Below, one piece after another: positions 53,131-64,000 of a stretch of 64,000 nucleotides of DNA. Both the position numbers and the translations under genes were made by a program. The stretch lies in assembly GCA_000002445.1 (NCBI GenBank), contig CM000208.1, forward strand, positions 1,344,001 to 1,408,000, given 5' to 3'. The DNA comes from Trypanosoma brucei. Taxonomy: Eukaryota. The notes beneath the pieces are model-generated. The model saw only the letters and a list, made by a program, of their open reading frames with translations. It had not been told where the DNA came from and searched no databases. The first letter of the stretch is position 1. The number at the start of each line of letters is the position of its first letter.

Positions 53131-53286
53131 CGTTTGTTGCCGCAGCGCATCCCCTATTATTACTGGTCTTGTTTGCTCTTCACAATAACAATAATAATAA
53201 TTGTCATTTTTTTTATTACTTTTCGATTAAGTGGCGGATCGAATTGCGAAAAAAAGCATAGGTTTCACCAACGATCGAACTGAAAC

Positions 53287-55083
53287 ATGTCCGGTCAGGG
53301 AAATTTGCTGCGTATGTTCCCCCTTCAACACAAGAAGATGTCCCAATTTTCGCTCAGATTTTTATCCGTCGGTGTTTGTGAAATGATGAATTGCGCGGAA
53401 AGGGAATACATGAGCTCATTCACTGTGCATAACAAGTTTAACCGCAGTGCTTACGCTGGTATCAACCCTCTTTCTTCCTCTTCAACCATTCAGTCACCTC
53501 TGATGGCGGATGTCGTGGCGGCTGGACTATTTGATAGTTACACAGGACATTCCTGCTCTCGGTTCATCTCGAAGTACCTTGCGAGGGCATTAAGTATGCA
53601 CTCCACGCTACCTGAAGAAATTGCATGGTTGCGGGGAGAGTTGAAGGATGACCCACTCGTTACAGTTATGACATCTTCATTATCGCGCTCAAGGGCAATG
53701 CATGGGACACAAATAGATAAACAAGGAGGAAACGGGGATATGCATACCATTCGCCCGCTGTTCTCAGAGTGGGACATGCAGCAATACGCGATGCTTGCTG
53801 ATATAGCTTTCTTAAGGGCTTGCGAGGACTCCAAGTTTGAGAGTTCCCTACCTGCTACAGAGTTGGCTAACGAAGGGTCCCGTGCTGTGTGGTTCACAGC
53901 AACAGCCGCCCCTTTTTCATTGCACGAGCAGCGCCGCTGCGAGCGGAGTCGTGAGGAAGCGAGCCATTGTGGTATGGCCCCGCCCCCTCTTCGCTCTCTC
54001 GATATGCCACAAGTTGCTTCAGAATCGCAAAGGCGCGCTTCTGCGGATGGGAAAGTTGGTAAGAAGTCACCAAAGTTCGCGGCGGATGAAAAGGAAGACT
54101 TTGAGCGAGAGTTCTGTGTTGACGTGTTGGTGAGCAATGTGGGTGATTCGCGTGCTTTCGGTATCGCCCGTAATCCCCTCACGTGGGGGCAGCGGAGCTT
54201 GCTGGACTCAACGCGGGAACGAGTAGTACCTTTGAGCGTCGATCACAAACCTCTACGTACGCCTGAGTTTCAACGCATCGTTTCCGCCGGCGGAGAAGTA
54301 CGCTCTGAAGTGGGTGACATGATTGATGCGAACCCCTTTTATAACGTGTCGCGTAGCTTCGGTCACTGGTCGATGAAACGTAACCCCAAGCGGGCGCCTA
54401 GTGAGCAGAAAATTACCGCTGTACCCACATGTAGTTCTTGGGAAATGTTACCAGGTGATGTACTTGTCTTGTGTAACCATGCAGTGTTCGAGACGCGGAG
54501 CCAGGAGGACACATCTATCGATGAAGCAGCAAAAGTTGTTGCACGTGAAATCAAACATGGAGCCTCACCGGGGGAAGCTGCGGGAGCGCTATGTGACTAC
54601 GCACTGCGTTTCGGTGCTGGACACTCACTGCAGGTGTTAGTTGCTTTGGCAACGGATGGGGGTGAGCACTGTCAGCAGGATAAGTCGGGGGAGCCGTATC
54701 GCTACGATTCAGTGATTCCTGGACCCATTTATGTACAACCATGCCGCCATTCCCTGTCGTATTCCGCGGCGCTATTAGCTGACTGCAGGCGTTGTGGTAT
54801 TACGTTGCCTGATTTACTGGAGAAAAGATGGCTTCACGTTCGAGATGAGCTTTGTAGCAGATACAAATTACCACTAATGTACTGTTATGGGAAAGAGTGC
54901 AGTGCTCTTCAGCAGCAAATGGAGGAAGAGGCTCTTCTTTTCAGCGGTGTGTCTTTCCCGCCAGGAAAGAGAGAATTGAGCGAACTGACAGAAAAAGAAT
55001 TGAGATGCGTTCGGGAGGAGTTTGAAAAGGTGGCGAGATCTATTATGCCATCCAAAAATCGTTTGCCGGAAAGGAAGGTTTGA
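53287..55083 (+). CDS. Divergent PP2C-family (PPM) protein phosphatase-like protein with N- and C-terminal extensions
   Basis: PPM motifs are present but atypical: GLFDSYTGHSCS (53524..53560) in place of GVFDGHGG, VSNVGDSRAF (54136..54160), and VDHKP (54238..54252). The usual DG(L/M)WD metal-binding motif is not evident (VLVLCNHAVFE). Confidence 0.65.
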   Translation: MSGQGNLLRMFPLQHKKMSQFSLRFLSVGVCEMMNCAEREYMSSFTVHNKFNRSAYAGINPLSSSSTIQSPLMADVVAAGLFDSYTGHSCSRFISKYLARALSMHSTLPEEIAWLRGELKDDPLVTVMTSSLSRSRAMHGTQIDKQGGNGDMHTIRPLFSEWDMQQYAMLADIAFLRACEDSKFESSLPATELANEGSRAVWFTATAAPFSLHEQRRCERSREEASHCGMAPPPLRSLDMPQVASESQRRASADGKVGKKSPKFAADEKEDFEREFCVDVLVSNVGDSRAFGIARNPLTWGQRSLLDSTRERVVPLSVDHKPLRTPEFQRIVSAGGEVRSEVGDMIDANPFYNVSRSFGHWSMKRNPKRAPSEQKITAVPTCSSWEMLPGDVLVLCNHAVFETRSQEDTSIDEAAKVVAREIKHGASPGEAAGALCDYALRFGAGHSLQVLVALATDGGEHCQQDKSGEPYRYDSVIPGPIYVQPCRHSLSYSAALLADCRRCGITLPDLLEKRWLHVRDELCSRYKLPLMYCYGKECSALQQQMEEEALLFSGVSFPPGKRELSELTEKELRCVREEFEKVARSIMPSKNRLPERKV

Positions 55084-55984
55084 CATGGTGAATCTCCACA
55101 CCTTTTCTCCCATCCAAGGGGGAATGAGTTTTTGCCGTACCGTTTACTTTGTGAAGAAGAAAGGATGCGACAGTTTTTCATTGTCCTTTTTTTTGTTTGT
55201 TTTACCAGGGGACTTCCTGTACTGTCTGTTCCATGCAGGAACATCAACAGGGCGCCACACCGCTCAGCGCCACAACTACACACTACCCGCAGGCCGTTTC
55301 GTTCGTATATTTTTTTTGTTGTGCTTCAACAAAAAGCATCCCCTCGCGAACTATTCGTGCTGGGAAGCCCGCGAAAGAAATGGCCGGACCCTAAAACGTT
55401 AAAAATTTACGTTTTCTCTTTGATAACGTTACAGAAAAGAGGACCGAACGTAAGTTTTTTTTTTTTGAAAGCCCACCCATCCGACCCCTCCTCACCTCGC
55501 GTGGGAGGCGAGTTAGTGACAGTTTCAGCACTTCCTTATCGCAAATTTTCTTTAACTTGAAATGTTGATTAACCCCTTCTGTTCTTTGAGCGTGCTGATG
55601 ACCTACCAATTTATAAAACCTTTTTAATTTGTTTTTTCCTTTTTTTTTGGGGGGGGTGGTGGTGGTGTAAGGTAGGTAAGGTACTAACTTTTCTGCTCCC
55701 TTTAAACAGAAGATACGATCGAACCAAAAAAAAAATACGAAGGAGAAATTCTTTTTTTAGTGGAGAATTCTTCAAAGGTGTGATCAAGTTAAAGAGGGGC
55801 CACGGCAGCGGTTCTCAGCGCAGACTTCATTAGATAATAAGAACGTACCAAAAAACGGGCGGTGACAGCAACGAGAGGGGGAACATTTCGCATAATTTAT
55901 TTATTATTATTATTTTTTTTTTTTTGGCTTCTAAGCAGAAGCCAATAACGGCAACGACGACAGGGTGAGTAGTGGCAAAGTTGA

Positions 55985-57790
55985 ATGCATCACACGGGGA
56001 TGCCCAATACCCCGCCTCGCGCTTCACAGCCCCGTTACAACTGGTTGGCGGATAACAGAGCCTTGACGCAGGTGCTCACGCACTCAGATAATATGGGTCG
56101 ATTACCCGTTGACATTGTTAGGGATGCCGTTTGCGGTGGCGTTGTATGCGCCTTCACGGACGAAAAAAACCGATACGATGATCAGGTATTTCTTCCGTCG
56201 TCGTGTGATCTTACGGCACTTGCCTTTCTTATATCAGAGGGTTTCTTCGCACCATTTCTCCACCGTACTGTGGGGGATTGGTTTCAGCAATACACAATAC
56301 TGACGGAATCGGGATTTTTTGAACCACTTTCAATTCCTGTGCTTCTTTTCCCCGATTGTTTTTATGACGCCTCGTTCATTGACACATCATTGCCGAGAGT
56401 TTTGTCTCCTACGCCCAGCACAAATGGTAGCATTTCGAGCATGCCAAGTGATTCAATTTCATCGACAGCAGCTGATGTGTTGCACCTCCACAATCTGCGG
56501 TTGCAGGTGGGTGTTCTTCTTCTTAAAAGTATCAATGAGGTCCTACGAGATGCGGAAGTTTGGAAACTGAAGGCCAATAGACAAAAAAGAGGGCAAACCC
56601 CTCCTTCCGATGTGGTCGTTGCCAACGCTGTCATCGCACTCTTTTATGAAGTGAAGATGCTGTTACTCTGCTGTATTATTAGCACAGAACAGGCTTACCC
56701 AAAGGATGGCAGTCATGAAGAAACCCCTTTTAAGTCTGCGAGGAGCTACTTTGAAAGTATATTTAGCACAAAGGAGTTACGTAGAATTTTTGAGGAGCGT
56801 AGCAGACCGGGGGCGGAAGAAGTGATGAGGTGGTTTGATTCCACCTTGGGTGCGTTAACATCGACAGTATCGGGATTATTTTCCAGTTTGCAAGAACGAC
56901 TGCAGGAATTGCTGAATGATGTGTCAGTTGACGGCCGCAGGGTAACAGGAACTCCTGTACAAATTCTTCACCGTCCTCACGACTCCACGAGCACTAATGT
57001 GCTACAACTTCCTTTTGTTCAATCAAAACTCCCTCACCTCCCTCTCCAAACAGGTGAGTTGGCGACACTTCTTTCGCCAAACCCCGGAGAGATGCTGCTG
57101 TGTGATTCAGTTCCATCCCCACTCTCACTGTTGCTACGGCGTTGTGCCACGGTTAAGATGTCTGCCCTGGAACTTCGAGACGGGGTGGAGCAACTCGCAA
57201 TGAATCCGTGGTGGGCTCTTCATTATGCAGCTTCGCAAACCGTCCAGCGCCAGCTATCCGATACTCAGTTTATTCGTTCGGCTGTGGGGAAGAATTCTTG
57301 CTTCCTGATCGAGATAGTGCGGTGGTTGCGGGATGTACCTTCTGATGAGGCAAAGGATGTAGCAAAGGAGAGAGGCAGCGCTTGTAGCAATTCCGAGGGC
57401 ACGAAGCAACAAAATGGAAGAACAAATGGGGAAAGTAATAGGGAGCAGCGGCTTTTGTTGGGGTTGTCTACTTCAAATGAAATTATCGACCACGTTGTTC
57501 ACGATCTCCCCTTTGGCACCGCCGTTGCACAATTAATACGTGAACTCGTTGGCAGTAACTTGTTCACAGAGGAACAGTTGCACAGGTGGATCGGGCGCTC
57601 ACTTAAAGATGTAGAGAGTAAACCACCTGCAACAATCGGATGTTTTGCGGCACTTCTTGTTTTCGTTCTTCTTCACAGTAGGTGGGAACTCCCAGCAGAT
57701 ATACGAGAGATGACAGTCCAACTCTGCTCGCAGAACAAACAGCAGCAGGACTGTGTTCAACTGATTAACATTTTGCAGCGGGGCGCTTAG
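55985..57790 (+). CDS. Hypothetical protein, 601 aa
   Basis: ATG-initiated long ORF on the coding strand. No recognisable domain. Confidence 0.5.
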
Positions 57791-58479
57791 CGTTGACGCA
57801 CTCGCGCAAACGTTGAGTGGTGCCGCATTTGGAAGACATTTCCTTGATGGGTGCTGAGTGGAGTTGTCTTCCGAGGGACTTTGTGCCAAACAGTGTAACA
57901 AATTGCTAAAATCGAATAACGCGCCTCTGGGCAGAACAATCGCGCATGAGGTTTCCCTTGTGACTTCACTGGAACAATAGGTGTTATTATGGAAGAGTGT
58001 GCCCCAGCAGGAGGAAAAAAGGGGGTGAGGGAAAACCACGTCACAACACAAGCCTCATATTCGTGTAAAAAATAATAACAATAATTTTTCATTTACCAGT
58101 TGTATCAGTCTTTACTCTTTAAAAAAAAATGCTTCGACTCACCTGACACGTACCCTTAAGCATCAATAAAGCGGTTGCTTGCTACTCGTGTTATTATTCG
58201 CTCGCCTGTCCAAAGCGTGAGGAAGCGAGCTTTGTTGCTGTGCACGTTTGTCCGCTTTGAGTTTATTTAGTCCCCGTCCTTTGTGTCGTATTGGTAGTAA
58301 CTTTTTCAGTGTCCAAGCAAATTTATTTGGTGCTAATGTAACATGAATAATGAAAGTCGAATCGCCCTCTCGATGTGTTTGCTCCCCTGTACAAGCGCTT
58401 CCTCTTCCTTTTCTTTTCGTGCCTACACTAACTTTTATTTATGTATTGCATTATTTACGTGCTTACGAAAGGGGTTAAA

Positions 58480-59052
58480 ATGCGCAACTACAACAACTTC
58501 AACCGTGTTTGGAAGGCCCCACGACGCCCCTTCGAGAAGGAGCGTCTCGACCGCGAGATGAAGCTCTGCGGGCAGTACGGTCTCCGCTGCAAGCGCGAGA
58601 TTTGGCGCGTCAACATGACTCTCTCAAAGATGCGTCGCACCGCGCGTCTTTTGCTGACGCTTCCGGAGAACCACCCGCGCCGCCTTCTTGAGGGCTCTGC
58701 AATTATGCGCCGCTGCCACGGATATGGTTTCCTCGACGAAGATAAGGACAAACTCGATTATGTGCTTTCGCTCACCGTTCCCGACATTCTCGAGCGCCGC
58801 CTTCAAACGGTCGTCTTCAAGCATGGCCTCGCAAAGTCCGTTCACCACTCCCGTGTTCTTATCCAACAGCGGCACATTGCCGTTGCTAAGCAGATTGTTA
58901 CGATTCCTTCCTTCATTGTCCGCGTGAGTTCTGAGCACCATATCGCCTTTGCGGATGCGTCGCCATTCGGCAACGGCCGACCGGGTCGCGTGAAGCGTGT
59001 GAAGAGGAACGCTGCGAAGAAGGGTAGCGGTGGCGGTGATGATGACGAGTAA
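58480..59052 (+). CDS. RPS9: 40S ribosomal protein S9 (uS4 family)
   Basis: Collinear with human RPS9: [30 protein letters not shown]...[45 protein letters not shown] moved the start to ATG 58480 (MRNYNNF), because the track ORF starts 13 codons upstream. Confidence 0.9.
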   Translation: MRNYNNFNRVWKAPRRPFEKERLDREMKLCGQYGLRCKREIWRVNMTLSKMRRTARLLLTLPENHPRRLLEGSAIMRRCHGYGFLDEDKDKLDYVLSLTVPDILERRLQTVVFKHGLAKSVHHSRVLIQQRHIAVAKQIVTIPSFIVRVSSEHHIAFADASPFGNGRPGRVKRVKRNAAKKGSGGGDDDE

Positions 59053-59363
59053 AGATGTGAATGTGTCAAAAACCCTCATTACTGACGTTCTTTCTACTTT
59101 CTTTATTCTTTCTGAGTAAAATCTTTTCTCCTCATCAGCATTGCTGGGTCTGTTGCGCGACCAGGACGCGGGTGCTCAAGCTGTGTAGAGCACGCGCTTC
59201 CTTACATATTTCTCTAACAGGCAGGGAAGCCTAACAAAAACACTTGGCTTATTTTTTGCCCCCTCATGTCTTGTACAAATATTTGCGATAGCTTAGCTAT
59301 CAGCCACATTAATCAAACAAGTATACCAACAAGCCCGAAAACATAAACTCAACTGCAACGAAG

Positions 59364-60482
59364 ATGTCCAAGCGTGTTGAAGTTCTGCTTACCCAACTCC
59401 CTGCGTACAACCGCCTGAAGACGCCATATGAAGCGGAACTGATTGAAACCGCCAAAAAGATGACCGCCCCCGGTAAGGGTCTCCTCGCCGCCGATGAGTC
59501 CACTGGTTCATGTTCGAAGCGCTTTGCGGGCATCGGTCTCAGCAACACTGCAGAGCACCGCCGTCAGTACCGCGCTCTCATGCTGGAATGCGAAGGTTTC
59601 GAGCAGTACATCAGCGGTGTCATCCTGCACGATGAGACCGTGTATCAGAAAGCTAAGACCGGCGAAACATTCCCTCAGTACCTCCGTCGTCGTGGTGTGG
59701 TGCCTGGCATCAAAACCGATTGCGGTCTCGAGCCCCTCGTGGAGGGCGCCAAGGGCGAGCAGATGACTGCTGGTCTCGACGGTTACATCAAACGGGCCAA
59801 GAAATACTACGCTATGGGCTGCCGCTTCTGCAAGTGGCGCAACGTGTACAAGATCCAGAACGGCACCGTGTCTGAAGCTGTTGTTCGTTTCAACGCTGAA
59901 ACACTCGCTCGCTACGCTATCCTCTCCCAACTCTGCGGTCTTGTCCCTATTGTGGAGCCTGAGGTGATGATCGATGGCACTCACGACATTGAGACTTGCC
60001 AACGCGTTTCGCAGCATGTGTGGTCGGAGGTGGTTTCTGCACTCCACCGCCACGGCGTTGTATGGGAGGGATGCCTGCTGAAGCCCAACATGGTCGTCCC
60101 TGGCGCTGAATCCGGCCTCAAGGCCACTGCGGAGCAGGTTGCCGAGTACACCGTCAAAACCCTCGCCCGTGTTATTCCCCCTGCGCTCCCCGGCGTGACG
60201 TTCCTATCAGGTGGCCTCAGTGAGGTTATGGCCTCCGAGTACCTCAACGCTATGAACAACTGCCCGTTACCACGCCCATGGAAACTGACCTTTTCATACG
60301 CCCGTGCACTTCAGTCCAGCGCCATAAAGGCGTGGGGTGGAAAGGAATCTGGTGTCGAAGCTGGCCGCCGTGCGTTCATGCACCGCGCAAAGATGAACTC
60401 ACTTGCCCAACTCGGCAAGTACAACCGTGCTGATGACGACAAGGACTCGCAGTCTCTGTACGTTGCTGGCAACACATACTAA
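59364..60482 (+). CDS. ALD: Fructose-1,6-bisphosphate aldolase, class I, glycosomal (N-terminal PTS2)
   Basis: 372 aa. The class I aldolase core is present ([19 protein letters not shown], the Schiff-base lysine region [11 protein letters not shown], and LSGG). The N-terminal nonapeptide RVEVLLTQL (59373..59399) fits the PTS2 consensus R[LVI]x5[HQ][LA]. From memory the protein matches the published T. brucei glycosomal aldolase. Confidence 0.95.
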   Translation: MSKRVEVLLTQLPAYNRLKTPYEAELIETAKKMTAPGKGLLAADESTGSCSKRFAGIGLSNTAEHRRQYRALMLECEGFEQYISGVILHDETVYQKAKTGETFPQYLRRRGVVPGIKTDCGLEPLVEGAKGEQMTAGLDGYIKRAKKYYAMGCRFCKWRNVYKIQNGTVSEAVVRFNAETLARYAILSQLCGLVPIVEPEVMIDGTHDIETCQRVSQHVWSEVVSALHRHGVVWEGCLLKPNMVVPGAESGLKATAEQVAEYTVKTLARVIPPALPGVTFLSGGLSEVMASEYLNAMNNCPLPRPWKLTFSYARALQSSAIKAWGGKESGVEAGRRAFMHRAKMNSLAQLGKYNRADDDKDSQSLYVAGNTY

Positions 60483-60946
60483 AATAATTATGCCCATTTA
60501 GTTGGCTTTTCCCTTGTCTCGTGTCTTTTCCGTGGAAAGGTTCCCGGAGTAATCTGATGGCACAGCAGGGAGGTGCGCCTGCAGGTTGGTTAGGAAGGGG
60601 GGATGATGTAAAAGAAAAAAATGGGGGGATATCTTATGTTTAAGAGGATAAATAATGTGAAGGGGCTTTATATGCTTGCTTGGTTGTCTCGTTGGTGTAT
60701 GGGGAATTTGCATGTTTGCTTTGGAGCACGCGTGGTACATCAATGGGATCATATCTTGCTGCCTCCCACAGTCACCGTGCGGAGCTGCCGGTGCCCCGTT
60801 TCTCATAGGCGTGTGCACCTTCCGTCTGAGACCTGTAAATGGTTAAAAAGGAATATATAATTACCTTTTGAAAAGTGGTAAAAAACGAATATATGTTTTT
60901 TTTTGGTTTTAATACGCTCTTTTGTGTGTATGAGAGGAATAAATAA

Positions 60947-60965
60947 GTGTGTGTGTGTGTGTGTT
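60947..60965. repeat. (GT)9 microsatellite in the aldolase 3' flank
   Basis: gtgtgtgtgtgtgtgtgtg. Confidence 0.8.
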
Positions 60966-61348
60966 GTTGAAAAAATGAAGGACACGAAAGCGCTCATTAA
61001 GGGTGGGGATACACCAGGCATAATTATCCGAAAATATTTTGATGCACCAAATAAGTGAACATACTGACGAAATCAAAGAGTTGGAGGATGGATAGGGAGG
61101 CCTCATTGGCAGTGGTAAATTGATTTGACTTGAATATGATACCCTCTTACTGTTTCATTGCCACTACAAGTTGGTTTCCTTCCCCGGATGAATGGTCGTG
61201 AGGACATCCTTTTATGTGCCTTTGAGCCTCTTTATTTTCACTTCTTGTACCCTTATTTTACTCGCCATGCCATCGATACTTTGCTTGTGGTGGCGGTCGT
61301 GTGGGTTACCTGTTCGCTTGTTAAGGTGGTTAATTCCTTTGGTAGAAG

Positions 61349-61906
61349 ATGGATGATGGTGTAGAAGCCAAGCCCCTCTGCTTGACACGGGAACAAATTG
61401 ATAAGCAAGTAGAGCGGCTGTCGCGCCGGCCGGAGCAGCGAACGCTACCGGATCCGTTTCCTGTTTGTCCGACTGTGCGAATGTCGAAGGAGCAACTTGA
61501 GCAAGTTACGAAACGTGTGTTTTATCATTATTCGGAGAAACACGCCGAAGCGTTGCGACTTGCGGAAGAAAGGCGCGAGAAGGAATGCGGGGTTGCATCC
61601 ACTGTATTGAGCGCGAGTGATGTGGATGACATCGTGAAGCGTTTGTACTATGAGGGAATGGAGCGTGTGAAGGTGGGTCGCAAGGAGGCTAGTGACCGTC
61701 TGTTGTTTAAGTCAACCAAGGTTCTTCCAGTTATCTCGCTAAAGAGGTTTGTCAACGACATGTATCTACGCGGTTTGGAACGGGAAAAGAAGAAGGAGGA
61801 AAAGCTGTACGAGAAGTACATTCTCCCTACAGAGATTCCCAATCTGAGGATATCGAAGTCTCAAGCCGCGGAGTCAGCAGTGCGCTTGTCACGTCGACAT
61901 GAATAA
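61349..61906 (+). CDS. Hypothetical coiled-coil protein, 185 aa
   Basis: ATG at 61349. Charged heptad-like segments (EQLEQVTKRV..., EREKKKEEKLYEKY). Confidence 0.45.
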   Translation: MDDGVEAKPLCLTREQIDKQVERLSRRPEQRTLPDPFPVCPTVRMSKEQLEQVTKRVFYHYSEKHAEALRLAEERREKECGVASTVLSASDVDDIVKRLYYEGMERVKVGRKEASDRLLFKSTKVLPVISLKRFVNDMYLRGLEREKKKEEKLYEKYILPTEIPNLRISKSQAAESAVRLSRRHE

Positions 61907-62299
61907 TCACTGTGTATCATTTATCCGGGTGTAGTGACGGTGAGTTTCTCGTGGCTGAAGGGGGTTCCTTGCACCATTTGTACTGTGCACTGCGTAACTA
62001 GCATTTTGCCTCTGTTGCTCCTTAAGGGCATAGGTTCATGTAGATTAGCGTCCCGGAGGAATTAGTGTGGAATTGTGTTGGAGAAGCTTCTTGCCTCCGT
62101 TTTAGACCACGATTGTGATAGCCATGACTGTGTGGACGTTTTCCGTGTGTCCCGTGATTGGTGCCCTGTGTTTCCACCTGAAGGTGATTTCCTCCTTATC
62201 ATTTGATTCTTCACTATGATATTCATTTTCACCTTTTAATTTTTTCGTGTGTATGCATTTCACGTAAGGAGTTTAACTAGGGGTAGTCAAGGCGAGCTG

Positions 62300-63787
62300 A
62301 TGGAAGACGATGCTGATGCCTACCTTCGGCGGGTGTCTCAACTGAAGCGGAAACACTTCAGAAAGGATTCTGTCACTGCATATCATCCCACGCCGGTGGA
62401 GGTGGAAACAGCCGACACCAGACCTATACATACCGTGGCTCGAAGGCTACCAATGAAGAAACGAAAGCGGATGTGTGATGATGATGAATTTGACGTTATT
62501 TCTCTTGTGAGGGACGCTGTCAATGTTTCTTCTGGTGGAGTTTTTGTCGCGGATATTCCTTCTACCGGTCCATTGGTTGGTTGTAGTGGTGATAGAAAAG
62601 TATTGCAACAACCGGTGAAAATTACGCTGATGGAAAAGTGGTTTCCTGGGAGGACGTTGCAGAATGCGACTCTGGACCCTGCCCAAGCACCACTGTACCA
62701 GTACACGGAAGTGTCGACGAAGCGAATGAAGGATGCCCGAGAGCGTTTTGTTTCCTTAAAAGCCGGGGTGGAGGATGCGTTGAAGTACTCTTTTGTGGGC
62801 GAGTGCACTAATTTTGACGAAGTTGTCTCCAGAATGACCAAAGAGAGTTGGATTGAGCTTCGCAACACCCTATTTCAAATATCGTCGCGTGCTTCCTTGC
62901 GAAGGAAAAAGGGTGCAGTGAGGGCCATGAAGTACATTTTGTCAACAAATGTTGGGGAACATGTGCCGAAATCCTCAATTTTGCGGCACTGGAACGAATA
63001 TCTTTTGATTCATGGCCCAGAACAGGGATTCCAGCCTACCCTTTCGCTTTTCGTTTGGGTCGAAAGTGCGGGCATTACCGCTCTCTTCACTGCCGTCGTT
63101 AGCCGCGCACTAAAATTGTTTAAGCAAGGCAAAAAACCAATGGCGTACTCGTTTTATGATGCTCAGGAGGAGTCTGAGCCCAGTTGTTGTGATGAGGCTG
63201 CTACAAGTGAAGAAGACGAGTGCGTTGACAGCGGCGAGGTGCTTTCTTGTGAAGGGAGCGTTGAAAAATCGGCAAAGGAGAGTGAACCGATCGCAGTGGG
63301 GACTGGGGAAGGAAACGATAATAATTTAGTGAGGCCGCCTTCCCTAGTGGAGCGCCTTCCTCGACTCGGCGGCTGTTCAGAAGATGTAATATCGCTTCTT
63401 TCGTTCTTGCGCGTATTAATGCCAGTGGACTATCTGGACGAGGATGGGAGGATGATTGGTCGTTCCGCTGGTTACGGCGTTTGGTTGTATGCCTGCTTGA
63501 CCGCTGTTGACACACCCTTTGACCCGGACTTGGACCGACTTGTTCATGAGTTTTTCCGTACTTGTTGCTTACAATTACGGGTACTCGGGGAGGCACACAA
63601 CGTCCGCGGAGATGATCGTGGGGCGATACTGAAAGTTTTCCCATCCCGCAAAGATGACCCCCCTCAGTCGTCACAATACAACTCCCTTGGTGATGTGAGG
63701 AAGGAGGATGTGTTGGCACTCCACACCATTATCGTTGTGCTAGCCAAGTTATTCCGCCTAAATGGTAATCGTTTGGTTCCGCTGTAA
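62300..63787 (+). CDS. Hypothetical protein (about 495 aa)
   Basis: The ORF track starts at GTG 62249, and the first in-frame ATG is 62300 (MEDDADAYLRRVSQLKRKHF). It is a long ORF on the coding strand. Confidence 0.5.
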   Translation: MEDDADAYLRRVSQLKRKHFRKDSVTAYHPTPVEVETADTRPIHTVARRLPMKKRKRMCDDDEFDVISLVRDAVNVSSGGVFVADIPSTGPLVGCSGDRKVLQQPVKITLMEKWFPGRTLQNATLDPAQAPLYQYTEVSTKRMKDARERFVSLKAGVEDALKYSFVGECTNFDEVVSRMTKESWIELRNTLFQISSRASLRRKKGAVRAMKYILSTNVGEHVPKSSILRHWNEYLLIHGPEQGFQPTLSLFVWVESAGITALFTAVVSRALKLFKQGKKPMAYSFYDAQEESEPSCCDEAATSEEDECVDSGEVLSCEGSVEKSAKESEPIAVGTGEGNDNNLVRPPSLVERLPRLGGCSEDVISLLSFLRVLMPVDYLDEDGRMIGRSAGYGVWLYACLTAVDTPFDPDLDRLVHEFFRTCCLQLRVLGEAHNVRGDDRGAILKVFPSRKDDPPQSSQYNSLGDVRKEDVLALHTIIVVLAKLFRLNGNRLVPL

Positions 63788-64000
63788 AAGGATTTGAGGT
63801 ACTGCAGTTACAACGTTCGAGTGGGCACTATACGAGATGGCAGTCGGGGCATAGGTGAGAGCGACTGCTAATGAAACGGAAAGGAGAGTAGTTACTTCAG
63901 CTATAAAGTTTCATGGACAACATTTGCACCTGGTTTCAGTGTTACTTACGTGCGGTGGGTTGCAGTTTGCTTTCCTCCTTTTACGAGGATGTCAGCAGAC

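Noticed and set aside
53538-54182. 214-aa minus-strand ORF inside the PP2C-like gene
   Set aside because: It is antisense to a CDS that carries clear PPM motifs.
5834-62299. ORF-track start coordinates at 4188, 5834, 14920, 17609, 43152, 47145, 51140 and 62249
   Set aside because: These 'M' residues correspond to GTG or TTG codons in the DNA. Trypanosomatids initiate at ATG, so I moved the starts to the first in-frame ATG: 5843, 15094, 17681, 43185, 47148, 51305 and 62300. The ORF at 4188 has no usable ATG, so I treated it as a pseudogene or relic.
1-64000. Possibility of a prokaryotic-style novel defence or accessory system, CRISPR array, or mobile element, as prompted
   Set aside because: The sequence is eukaryotic (kinetoplastid). 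It has long intron-less unidirectional ORFs, poly-Y/AG trans-splice signals, and glycosomal aldolase, IFT122, dynein and eukaryotic ribosomal proteins. There are no direct-repeat/spacer arrays, no cas-like genes and no operon-like opposing-strand modules. There is no recognisable ingi/RIME/SLACS retroposon signature and no tRNA T-loop/acceptor patterns that I could find.

Overview
The window reads as a nuclear chromosomal segment from a kinetoplastid, almost certainly a Trypanosoma brucei-group chromosome. Every credible gene (about 30) lies on the + strand, with no introns. Intergenic spacers are pyrimidine-rich with AG dinucleotides, which is the signature of one long polycistronic transcription unit processed by trans-splicing and polyadenylation. 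I infer the species from memory: the aldolase ORF matches glycosomal T. brucei aldolase with its N-terminal PTS2, and the gene order is dynein heavy chain, RPS10 x2, IFT122, a KREN-type editing endonuclease, NLP, RPL24 x2, HOP1, GPI10-like mannosyltransferase, PP2C, RPS9, aldolase. I ran no database search. The window holds housekeeping genes (ribosomal proteins S10, L24, S9 and aldolase), flagellar genes (dynein heavy chain 3' end, IFT122), and nuclear-encoded mitochondrial RNA-editing machinery (U1-like zinc finger plus RNase III endonuclease). It also holds a chromatin factor (AT-hook/DDT/WHIM protein, probably NLP), a meiotic HORMA protein (HOP1-like), an inositol 5-phosphatase, a MEMO1 homologue, a GT22 mannosyltransferase, a divergent PP2C, and about 12 lineage-specific hypothetical proteins. 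The most interesting structural signals are the two tandem ribosomal-protein gene pairs. In each pair the coding sequences are identical or differ by 1 nt, while the flanks are unrelated. A degenerate RPS10-like relic without an ATG sits between the two RPS10 copies. I see no CRISPR array, no prokaryotic-style defence system, no tRNA or rRNA, and no recognisable retroposon. Many entries in the supplied ORF track start at GTG or TTG, so I moved those starts to the first in-frame ATG, since trypanosomes do not use alternative start codons.
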